Shown here piece after piece: positions 1-7,028 of a DNA stretch of 7,477 nucleotides. This DNA comes from a virus (taxonomy: Duplodnaviria; Heunggongvirae; Uroviricota; Caudoviricetes): IMG/VR virus record IMGVR_UViG_2663762992_000008, one strand, 5' to 3'. The notes beneath the pieces are model-generated. The model had not been told where the DNA came from. It saw only the letters and a program-made list of their open reading frames with translations, and did no database searches. The position numbers and the translations under genes are program-made. Within the stretch, counting starts at the first letter, position 1. The number at the start of each line of letters is the position of its first letter.

Positions 1-597
1 TTGATATCAGAACTGCAGCTAACTCTGGAAATGCAAAGGCTTGTTTTATATTGTCTGATTTTATACATGTTCTGCCTCATACAGCTAATTGTATGGTCAA
101 TGATGGACGGCGTTATGAAGATGTTGTGCATGATTTGTATGAGCGGGCTAAAATTAAGAACATGGATGATTGGCTTGAAAATGCTTTANANNATNTNNAA
201 TAGTTACGGCTCTGGTCTGCGCTTGTGGGGCAACCGCACAGCGGCATGGCCTACCGTGACCCATATGCGTAACTTTGAAAACGTCCGCCGGACAGGCGAT
301 GTAATTAATGAGTCAATCCGTTATTTCAGTCAGCAGTATATTGATATGCCGATTAATCAGGCGCTGATTGATGCCCTGACCGAATCAGTAAATACCTGGG
401 GCCGTAAGCTGATTGCCGACGGCGCACTGCTTGGCTTTGAGTGCTGGTACGATCCGGCGCGAAATTCACCGACTGAACTCAGCGCTGGGCATTTATTGCT
501 TAGCTATAAATTCACCCCGCCGCCGCCGCTGGAACGTCTGACGTTTGAAACTGAAATTACTTCTGAATATTTAGTCTCTCTGGAGAGCAATAGCTAA
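1..597 (+). CDS. Contractile tail sheath protein, C-terminal part (5' partial). Frame 1 is clean from about nt 199; upstream of the N-run at 189-198 the protein-like frame is frame 3.
   Basis: Position immediately upstream of the tube gene with TAATG stop/start overlap at 595-599. The motif GSGLRLWGNRT resembles the WG(A/N)RT motif I recall from phage sheath proteins. Frame 1 upstream of the N-run translates to an implausible Cys/Met/Leu-rich peptide, whereas frame 3 (nt 3-200) gives a normal-looking peptide (..DGRRYEDVVHDLYERAKIKNMDDWLENAL). Confidence 0.55.
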   Translation: MISELQLTLEMQRLVLYCLILYMFCLIQLIVWSMMDGVMKMLCMICMSGLKLRTWMIGLKMLXXXXNSYGSGLRLWGNRTAAWPTVTHMRNFENVRRTGDVINESIRYFSQQYIDMPINQALIDALTESVNTWGRKLIADGALLGFECWYDPARNSPTELSAGHLLLSYKFTPPPPLERLTFETEITSEYLVSLESNS

Positions 598-1121
598 TGG
601 CTGGAAAAATTCAAATTAACCGTATTACCAACGCAAATATTTATCTCGATGGTAATAACCTTTTAGGTCGTGCAACCGAAATTAAATTGCCGGATGTCAG
701 TTTAATTATGCAGGAGCATAAAGCACTGGGCATGGTCGGCAAAATCGAACTCCCGGCAGGGTTCGATAAACTGGAAGGGGAAATTAAATGGAACTCCTTT
801 TATCAGGACGTCATGCGTAAAACGGCAAACCCGTGGCAGGCGGTAGCATTACAGTGCCGCTCCAGTATTGATTGCTATAACTCCCAGGGGAAAGCGAATC
901 AATTAGCGTTAGTCACTCATTTGACTGTCATGTTTAAAAAGAATCCACTGGGAACATTTAAACAAAATGAAAACCCGGAATTCAGCAGCGCCTTTGGTTG
1001 CACTTATATTAAACAAGTGGTCGATGGTGAAACGCTGCTTGAACTTGATTATATGGCGAATATTTTTCGGGTTAACGGCGTGGATCAATTAAGTACCTAT
1101 CGCAATAACATCGGTGGCTAA
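597..1121 (+). CDS. Major tail tube protein (P2 FII-like)
   Basis: 174-aa ORF, similar in size to P2 FII. The C-terminal motif GCTYIKQVVDGETLLELD resembles the tube-protein motif as I recall it. Sits between sheath and chaperone/tape-measure genes. GGAGAG lies about 10 nt upstream of the ATG. Confidence 0.8.
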   Translation: MAGKIQINRITNANIYLDGNNLLGRATEIKLPDVSLIMQEHKALGMVGKIELPAGFDKLEGEIKWNSFYQDVMRKTANPWQAVALQCRSSIDCYNSQGKANQLALVTHLTVMFKKNPLGTFKQNENPEFSSAFGCTYIKQVVDGETLLELDYMANIFRVNGVDQLSTYRNNIGG

Positions 1122-1125
1122 GTTA

Positions 1126-1145
1126 TTCGGGGCTACGGCCCCGAA
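1126..1145 (+). promoter_or_regulatory. GC-rich stem-loop between tube and chaperone genes: 8-bp perfect stem (ttcggggc / gccccgaa) with a tacg tetraloop; no U-tract follows
   Basis: Perfect inverted repeat read directly from the sequence, 4 nt after the tube stop codon. Absence of a following T-run argues against a simple intrinsic terminator; it may be an mRNA processing/stability or attenuation element. Confidence 0.35.
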
Positions 1146-1171
1146 CTTCGCAAAATAAATAAGGATACAAA

Positions 1172-1489
1172 ATGAAAGAGCATTATATCTTACAGTTCCC
1201 GTTTACTTCAGCGGCGGGAGACGTAATTAACACTCTGCAATTACGTCGCCTGAAAGTAAAAGATATGCGCAACGCGCGCCGGATCAGCGAAAAGCCAGAA
1301 GAGTGGGATGAACCGCTAATGGCGGCAATGACCGGACTGGTGCCAGAAGATTTAGCTGAAATGGATTTGCTGGATTACCAGGCATTGCAGAAACGATTTC
1401 AATCCATGCTTACCGTGGTTACAGAATCCTCCCCTGCTATGGCAGGCAATGGCGTTACTGGCGAGATGGTTTCGCTTTCCGCCCAGTGA
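1172..1489 (+). CDS. Tail assembly chaperone, short form (P2 gpE-like)
   Basis: 105-aa acidic ORF between the tube and tape-measure genes, the conserved position for this chaperone. AAGGA at 1161-1165 lies 6 nt upstream of the ATG. Confidence 0.65.
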   Translation: MKEHYILQFPFTSAAGDVINTLQLRRLKVKDMRNARRISEKPEEWDEPLMAAMTGLVPEDLAEMDLLDYQALQKRFQSMLTVVTESSPAMAGNGVTGEMVSLSAQ

Positions 1490-1577
1490 GATAGACGCCC
1501 TTACCGTCGATGACTTTAGCAACTGGCTGGATGAAGCCAGCGCTCAAATAAAGATCGAATATGACTCGCAGACCTGA
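1172..1577 (+). CDS. Putative frameshifted long form of the tail assembly chaperone (E+E'-like). The extension lies in the +1 frame relative to the short form; the exact shift site is not defined.
   Basis: Frame 3 is open from 1356 to a TGA at 1575-1577 and encodes a protein-like tail (..LARWFRFPPSEIDALTVDDFSNWLDEASAQIKIEYDSQT). The -1 frame closes at 1492-1494, adding only two codons. A CTT-TCC context at 1475-1480 would permit a prfB-like +1 slip (CUU to UUU). Confidence 0.4.
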
Positions 1578-1589
1578 TGTCTGCGAGTC
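1563..1589 (+). promoter_or_regulatory. Strong stem-loop: 11-bp perfect stem (gactcgcagac / gtctgcgagtc) with a 5-nt loop ctgat that contains the TGA ending the +1-frame chaperone extension
   Basis: Perfect 11-bp inverted repeat read directly from the sequence. It is followed by a moderately T-rich segment and about 90 nt of untranslated leader before the tape-measure start. Confidence 0.4.
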
Positions 1590-1677
1590 CTTTAAAGCCC
1601 GCCAGGTTTATTTCTTCCCAGCCCATTTTTCAGAAAACTAACCAGCGGGCCATCACCAATCTATAAGAGAAACAATT

Positions 1678-4029
1678 TTGGCCAACGATATTATTACCCA
1701 GCTTCAGGCGCGTAATGAGACGTTGACGCAGGCAATAGCCCGTTACGGCTCACTCAACGCCAGAACTTTGTTAGCTCTCTCTTCTCAGCAAGCGACAGTA
1801 ATCAAACTAACGCAGCAACTTGCCGATTCTGCTCTCCGCCTGGAGGAAAATAGCCGCAGCCGCGCTAATCTGATGGAGAAAACCCACACATTTGCCGGGC
1901 AATTTAGCAAAGTATTCAATGTTGAAGCCCCCGATTGGAAGTTGCCGTATGAGTTCCAGGACAACATGGTCAATATGGCGACCAAAGGTGGGATGAATGA
2001 TACAACCCGCGAGACGCTCAGCCTTAATCTGCGCGACTGGAGCATGGATTTTAACCAGCATCAGACCACCTTACAGAACGCAGCCCAAACGCTGATCGAA
2101 GGCAATTTGTCGTCGATACAGGATCTCAACCGTTATATGCCGGAGATCGCCAAAGCTGCCACCGCCACGCGCGAAAGTGCTGAAACATGGGCGAATGCCG
2201 CGCTCGCAACCCATGATCGACTGAATATTGCGCCAGAAAATTTCCACGCCGCGCAAAACATGATGTACGGCATTAGCAAAAGCGGTGGGCCTGCCGTTGC
2301 CGAGCAAACGCAGTGGATAGACAAATTTGCAGGTAAAACCGGCGCTCAGGGTCTGGAAGGTATGACTGAACTGACTGCCGCCATGCAGATCGCCATGAAA
2401 AACGGGGCCAGCGCCAGTGCGGCGGCTGAGAATTTTGACCACTTTCTGCAAACCACCTTTTCGAAAAAAACCGATAGCTGGTTCGCCAGCCAGGGCGTCG
2501 ATTTGCAAGGCTCTCTGCTTGAACATCAGCAAAACGGTATGAGTGTTAGCGAAGCCATGACTCATATCGTGCAAATGCAGCTTGAGAAGATGAATCCGGC
2601 GATCCTCGACACCTTCAAACGCACTATGCAGATTGAAGATTTATCTGCTCGCAGCACTGCGCTGCAATCGATGGTGGCGCAATTTAATCTGGGCGAAATG
2701 TTCGGCGATGCGCAAACGGTGGAATTCCTGGCACCTATGCTGGCGAATATGGAGGAATATCGCCAGTTAAAAGCCTCTGCCATGCAAACTACCAGCAAGA
2801 ATCTGATTAACGCTGACTTTTCTGCGCAAATGGCCTCGCCCATTGAACAGACTAAAGCGTTACAACTGGCGTTAAATGATTTATGGCTCAGCATTGGCTT
2901 GCAGCTTATGCCGGCGATTGGCGAGCTGGCACAAAGCCTTGCGCCGGTTATTCGCCAGTTCAGTGCCTGGCTACGCGAACATCCGGCGCTGGTGCAAAAC
3001 ATTGCGAAAATCGTCGGGGCGATTTGGCTGTTTAACGGTGCGCTTAATGTTTTAAAGCTGGGCGCGAACCTCATCGCCTCGCCGTTTATTCGTCTGGTCG
3101 ATATCTTCCTGAAAGTCAGGGCAAGTCTGGCCCTCGGCGGCGCGGCAAGTAAAGTGCTATCGGCGGTTAAGTCATTGGGTGGCGGCGCAAAATGGCTAAC
3201 GCAACTGCTTGGTCGTGGCCTGATCGGAGCATTGAAACTGTTTGGTCGAACCGTTCTCTCGCTAGGCCGGGTGTTATTGATGAATCCCATTGGTCTGGTC
3301 ATCACTGCGATTGCGGGCGCGGCTTATCTGATTTATCGCAACTGGGAACCTATCTCCAGGTTCTTTTCGACCATCTGGCAACGTATCACCACGGCCTTTG
3401 ACGGCGGCATTGCAGGAATTTGTCGGTTGATTCTCGACTGGTCACCGCTGGAGTTGTTCTATAGCGCCTTTTCCGATGTGATGAATTGGTTTGGTGTTGA
3501 GATGCCTGCGAGTTTTAGCGAGTTCGGCAGCAATATACTGGGTAGCCTGGCCGACGGCATAATGAATGCTTTCCCCGCACTGAAAGGCATTATTGATCAG
3601 GTCAAAAACGCCATGCCAGACTGGCTAAAAGCCACAATGGGTATCAGCACAGAAGCATCGGCTGCGGCTGTTACAGGCACGGCTAATACCGCATCAGTCT
3701 CCCCCGCGACCGTTGTTCCAGGCGTTGCCGGTGCGATTTTAACGCTGCCGGTGGGCAAACAACTCGCGCCATCCGGCAAAACGGCTACGCCGTCATCGGC
3801 AAAACCCGCGTCGGCCTCTTTACCTGGTAAATCCGTAACCAAACCGGCGACGCTACCCTCCCGTTCCCCGGGAAAAGTCCAGGTGAATTTTTCGCCACAA
3901 ATTACCGTGCAGGGTAACGGACAAAACACCACTAAAGAGATTCAGAACGTGTTGACGATGAGTAAACGCGAACTGGAAAGAATGATTAACGATGTAATGG
4001 CGCAGCAGCAGCGCCGGGGGTATGCCTGA
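1678..4029 (+). CDS. Tail tape measure protein (P2 gpT-like)
   Basis: 783-aa ORF directly downstream of the chaperone. N-terminal half is helical and Ala/Gln-rich; there is a central run of hydrophobic, Gly/Ala/Leu-rich segments (about aa 400-560) and a C-terminal Ala/Ser/Thr/Pro-rich low-complexity stretch. Apparent TTG start at 1678, since no ATG or GTG occurs in frame after the upstream stop at 1639-1641. Stop overlaps the next start (TGATG at 4027-4031). Confidence 0.8.
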   Translation: MANDIITQLQARNETLTQAIARYGSLNARTLLALSSQQATVIKLTQQLADSALRLEENSRSRANLMEKTHTFAGQFSKVFNVEAPDWKLPYEFQDNMVNMATKGGMNDTTRETLSLNLRDWSMDFNQHQTTLQNAAQTLIEGNLSSIQDLNRYMPEIAKAATATRESAETWANAALATHDRLNIAPENFHAAQNMMYGISKSGGPAVAEQTQWIDKFAGKTGAQGLEGMTELTAAMQIAMKNGASASAAAENFDHFLQTTFSKKTDSWFASQGVDLQGSLLEHQQNGMSVSEAMTHIVQMQLEKMNPAILDTFKRTMQIEDLSARSTALQSMVAQFNLGEMFGDAQTVEFLAPMLANMEEYRQLKASAMQTTSKNLINADFSAQMASPIEQTKALQLALNDLWLSIGLQLMPAIGELAQSLAPVIRQFSAWLREHPALVQNIAKIVGAIWLFNGALNVLKLGANLIASPFIRLVDIFLKVRASLALGGAASKVLSAVKSLGGGAKWLTQLLGRGLIGALKLFGRTVLSLGRVLLMNPIGLVITAIAGAAYLIYRNWEPISRFFSTIWQRITTAFDGGIAGICRLILDWSPLELFYSAFSDVMNWFGVEMPASFSEFGSNILGSLADGIMNAFPALKGIIDQVKNAMPDWLKATMGISTEASAAAVTGTANTASVSPATVVPGVAGAILTLPVGKQLAPSGKTATPSSAKPASASLPGKSVTKPATLPSRSPGKVQVNFSPQITVQGNGQNTTKEIQNVLTMSKRELERMINDVMAQQQRRGYA

Positions 4030-4982
4030 TGTATGCCGTTTTAGGAGAGATTGAATTTAAAGTTGTCACATTCTGGGACGGCTTTAAAAGCACAATGGGC
4101 GTGGATTACGCCACACATGCCCGTATAGAAGGCAAACCCGGCGTGCAGTTTATTGGCGATAAGCTGGATATGCTGGCGCTGGAATTTTCCCTGCACAGCC
4201 AGTTTTGCCAACCCACAACAGAGCTGAATCGACTGCGTGAAGCCATGCTTGCTCACAAAGCAATGGCGCTGGTGTTTGGCAACGGAGATTATCGCGGCTG
4301 GTTTGTAATTACAGAGTTAACCGCCACTCACCAGCACACCGATCCCTGGGGCAATGTCATTGCCCAAAGCGGAACAATGTCGCTCCAGGAGTATACCGGC
4401 GATCCGAAAAACCCACTGCTGCCCCCGGCAATTACCACCCAGGAGCCTAATATCGAGGAAAAGGCGAGCGATTTTCCGAATAAGGTGGAGTCCTGGTTGT
4501 ATCAGATATTGAACGCCATTGAAGAAGGTATGCGCAAAGCCAAAGAGATGCTCGATGAACTGGCGCAAACCATTGAAGATATTAAAAAAACAGTGGCAAA
4601 AGTGAAAGCACTGATTAAAGAGGCCAAAGCGTTAAAAGAAAAGTGTGAAAAGATAATTACGTCGTTGAAAAAGACTATCGACGCCATCGAAACCCTGTTT
4701 AAACAGCCAATGGATCTGCAAATGCTGGCAGGACTCCCAAAAGCGTTGTCGGCTCAGATTAAAGCTTTACTGGGTAACATGCCAGGTATACGGGACTGCG
4801 CCAATGACGCCAGTACGCTGGTTGACCATGCTCAGACACTTTTCGACGACATTGCCAGCAACATCGCCGAAGCGACGTTTGATAAAGCCGCAACGTTGGT
4901 TGATCAGGCACGAACAACGGTACAACAAACCACTCCCGCAGTGAGCCAGCTTGCTGCCGCGACCATTACGAGGAGCTGGTAA
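4029..4982 (+). CDS. gpU-like tail protein (tail tube terminator family) fused to a C-terminal extension of about 180 aa predicted to be alpha-helical/coiled-coil
   Basis: The N-terminal ~125 aa (hydrophobic start, ..GVQFIGDKLDMLALEFSLH..) resemble P2 gpU as I recall it, and the gene is in the gpU position between tape measure and gpX. The ORF continues without a stop to 317 aa through a Lys/Glu/Ala-rich heptad-like sequence (..MRKAKEMLDELAQTIEDIKKTVAKVKALIKEAKALKEKCEKIITSLKK..). TAATG overlap with the next gene. Confidence 0.65.
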   Translation: MYAVLGEIEFKVVTFWDGFKSTMGVDYATHARIEGKPGVQFIGDKLDMLALEFSLHSQFCQPTTELNRLREAMLAHKAMALVFGNGDYRGWFVITELTATHQHTDPWGNVIAQSGTMSLQEYTGDPKNPLLPPAITTQEPNIEEKASDFPNKVESWLYQILNAIEEGMRKAKEMLDELAQTIEDIKKTVAKVKALIKEAKALKEKCEKIITSLKKTIDAIETLFKQPMDLQMLAGLPKALSAQIKALLGNMPGIRDCANDASTLVDHAQTLFDDIASNIAEATFDKAATLVDQARTTVQQTTPAVSQLAAATITRSW

Positions 4983-5191
4983 TGCGATACCTTGAACATA
5001 TCACCACCGATGGCGAACGCTGGGATAACCTGGCCTGGCATTACTACGGCGATGCACTGGCTTATGAACGCATTATCGCAGCCAATCCACATGTCGCCAT
5101 TTATCCGGTACTGCCTTCCGGTATTCAGCTCATCATTCCGGTCATTTCCGTCAATAAAACCTTATCGGAGATCCCACCATGGCTGAGATAA
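4982..5191 (+). CDS. gpX-like small tail protein with LysM-type fold
   Basis: 69-aa ORF. The pattern W-x-x-(L/I)-A-x-x-YYGD...IIAANP...LPSG..L.IP is similar to P2 gpX as I recall it. Located between the gpU-like and gpD-like genes, as in phiCTX/R-pyocin-type clusters. Overlaps the next ORF by 13 nt. Confidence 0.75.
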   Translation: MRYLEHITTDGERWDNLAWHYYGDALAYERIIAANPHVAIYPVLPSGIQLIIPVISVNKTLSEIPPWLR

Positions 5192-6219
5192 GCGTAACTG
5201 GCGGCGTCTTTGCAACACTCACGCCCATTTTTACCCTCTGGTATGGGCATAAAGATATCACTTATGACATCACGCCTTATGTCACCAGCATCAGTTACCA
5301 GGACAGTATTAAAAACGAGTCGGATACCATCGCGATTACACTGGATGACACCGATGGACGCTGGATAAAAGAGTGGTATCCCGGCAAAGGCGATACGCTG
5401 GCGCTGCATATGGGTTATCAGGGGGAAAAGCTGCTCGATTGTGGTCAGTATATTATTGATAAAATTGATATTTCATCGCCACCTTCTACGGTAAATATTG
5501 ATGGCATCGCCACTTCCGTCAATCAGGCGCTACGCACGCGTAACAGCCAGGGCTTTGAAGAGACGACGCTTTCGGCTATCGCCAGCCGTATCGCGCAAAC
5601 GCACGGTCTGAAACTGGTGGGCAAAATCGAGCCGCTCACCATCGACCGGGTAACGCAGTATGGTGAAACCGATGTTGGATTTCTCAAACGTCTGGCCAGT
5701 GAATATGGTTATGCCGTAAAAGTGACGACAAAAGAGCTGATTTTTTCACATTTACCCACGCTGCGCTGCCTGGCACCGGTAAAAACGATCGACCGCAAAG
5801 ACGTTTCGCATTTCACCTTCAAAGATACCATTAACCGTATCTACAAAAACGCCACCGTACAGCATCAAAATAGTAAGAAAAAAGAACTGGTTATCTACAC
5901 CCACGACAGCCAGCAAAAACCGTCTGCCCGTGGAGTCGGCACCAGTGCCGACACGCTAAAACTGAACAGTCGGGCGACGGACATTGGCGCAGCACAGGCA
6001 AAGGCCAACGCTGCACTCGACAGCCACAACGAATATCAGCAAACCGGAACGCTCACAATGATGGGCTGCCCGGAACTGACGGCGGGCAATAAAATTGAAC
6101 TGACCGATTTTGGCGTGCTTTCCGGTCAGTGGCTGATTGATAAATCTACTCACAGTTTTGTGCGCAGCGGCTATACCACTGAAATCGACGTGTCACGCGG
6201 GCCAGCGACCAGCCAGTAA
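5179..6219 (+). CDS. gpD-like tail/baseplate hub protein (late control gene D family)
   Basis: 346-aa ORF. Motifs ITLDDTDGRW, FEETTLSAIASRIAQTHG and DVGFLKRLASEYGYAV are co-linear with P2 gpD as I recall it. Position downstream of X is conserved. Confidence 0.8.
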   Translation: MAEISVTGGVFATLTPIFTLWYGHKDITYDITPYVTSISYQDSIKNESDTIAITLDDTDGRWIKEWYPGKGDTLALHMGYQGEKLLDCGQYIIDKIDISSPPSTVNIDGIATSVNQALRTRNSQGFEETTLSAIASRIAQTHGLKLVGKIEPLTIDRVTQYGETDVGFLKRLASEYGYAVKVTTKELIFSHLPTLRCLAPVKTIDRKDVSHFTFKDTINRIYKNATVQHQNSKKKELVIYTHDSQQKPSARGVGTSADTLKLNSRATDIGAAQAKANAALDSHNEYQQTGTLTMMGCPELTAGNKIELTDFGVLSGQWLIDKSTHSFVRSGYTTEIDVSRGPATSQ

Positions 6220-6228
6220 GGAGGAAAT
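6220..6228 (+). promoter_or_regulatory. Ribosome-binding site (AAGGAGG core) for the spike gene
   Basis: GGAGG at 6220-6224, 4 nt upstream of the ATG at 6229, immediately after the gpD-like stop codon. Confidence 0.6.
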
Positions 6229-6930
6229 ATGAAAGGAGTAACCCGGCAAACGGGGATTATCAGCGATATTGACGAAACCAGCGTTCGGGTGCGAGTCACG
6301 CTTCCAGAGTGTGACAATCTGAAGAGCAACTGGCTTGCGGTACTTCAACGCAATTCCCAGGACAATAAAGACTACTGGCTACCGGACATGGGAGAGCAGG
6401 TGGAGGTTCTGCTGGATGATAACGGTGAAGATGGCGTGGTGCTGGGCGCAGTATATTCAACGGTAGATACCGCGCCAGTAGCATCGCGCGACAAACGCTA
6501 TGTCCAGTTTTCCGATGGCGCAGCGTTTGAATATGACCGCAGCACCCACCAGCTTACGATTAACGGTGGTATCGAAAAAATCGTGATTGAGGTTATCGAC
6601 CGTACCAGCCTGATATCGCCCAACGTTGAGGTTAAAGCCCAACACGTCACCGTGACTTCCGACACTGTTGATGTGAAAGCCACCGACGTCAGCATTGAAG
6701 CCAGTAAGGTCGATGTTAAAGCGATGGCTGTAACGGTAGACGCACCGCTCAGTACCTTTACCGGCAACGTCACGGTGATGAAAAAACTCACCTGGCTTGG
6801 TGGGATGGCAGGAAGTGGAGGCATCGGTAACGCCGCCACGATAACCGGCAATGTCAACGTGATCGGCAACGTTCAGGCCAGCGGCGCATTGCAGGACAGC
6901 GGTGGCAACTCCAACCACCATTCACACTGA
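6229..6930 (+). CDS. gpV-like baseplate central spike protein
   Basis: 233-aa ORF. N-terminal region (..LPDMGEQVEVLLDDNGEDGVVLGAVYS..VQFSDGAAFEYDRSTHQLTINGG) is co-linear with P2 gpV as I recall it. The C-terminal half has repetitive V-x-V-K-A/T-D-V beta-strand-like repeats and ends in NHHSH. Confidence 0.8.
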   Translation: MKGVTRQTGIISDIDETSVRVRVTLPECDNLKSNWLAVLQRNSQDNKDYWLPDMGEQVEVLLDDNGEDGVVLGAVYSTVDTAPVASRDKRYVQFSDGAAFEYDRSTHQLTINGGIEKIVIEVIDRTSLISPNVEVKAQHVTVTSDTVDVKATDVSIEASKVDVKAMAVTVDAPLSTFTGNVTVMKKLTWLGGMAGSGGIGNAATITGNVNVIGNVQASGALQDSGGNSNHHSH

Positions 6931-6935
6931 CTTTT

Positions 6936-6965
6936 AACCCGCCTGATAGCGGGTTTTCTCTTTTT
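6936..6965 (+). terminator. Rho-independent terminator candidate: 7-bp stem (aacccgc / gcgggtt), 6-nt loop ctgata, followed by ttctcttttt
   Basis: Perfect GC-rich inverted repeat immediately followed by a T-rich tract on the coding strand, 6 nt after the spike stop codon, within a 98-nt intergenic gap. Confidence 0.6.
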
Positions 6966-7028
6966 AATCAATCAGTTTTCTAAATCGCTTTAATATCTCC
7001 ACAGCCCGGTCAGGGCGAAAATACCCTC

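Noticed and set aside
1126-1145. Calling the tube-downstream hairpin a rho-independent terminator
   Set aside because: No U-tract follows on either strand, so it is reported only as a stem-loop of uncertain function.
2464-2470. A7 homopolymers inside coding regions (2464-2470 in the tape-measure gene, 4584-4590 in the gpU-like extension) considered as programmed slippage sites
   Set aside because: No alternative-frame ORF of meaningful length opens downstream of either run. More likely ordinary Lys codons, though they are hotspots for sequencing indels.
2562-3305. 247-aa minus-strand ORF, and the similar minus-strand ORFs at 1785-2045, 1807-2061, 2071-2574 and 2133-2324
   Set aside because: Entirely antisense to the tape-measure gene, with Arg/Pro/Ser/Cys-rich low-complexity translations typical of reverse frames of GC-rich coding DNA, and no credible RBS. 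Judged spurious.
4992-5186. 64-aa plus-strand ORF in an alternative frame overlapping the gpX-like gene; likewise 3192-3401 inside the tape-measure gene
   Set aside because: Out-of-frame overlap with better-supported ORFs whose translations match known tail-protein families. No independent signals.
6457-6921. Minus-strand ORFs of 154 and 123 aa (6498-6869) antisense to the spike gene, plus those at 6296-6484, 5956-6153, 5125-5409, 4904-5092, 4041-4256, 4317-4568, 4502-4687, 3597-3932, 7050-7319 and 7205-7447
   Set aside because: All lie wholly inside well-supported plus-strand genes and have biased, repetitive compositions. They are the expected open antisense frames, not genes.
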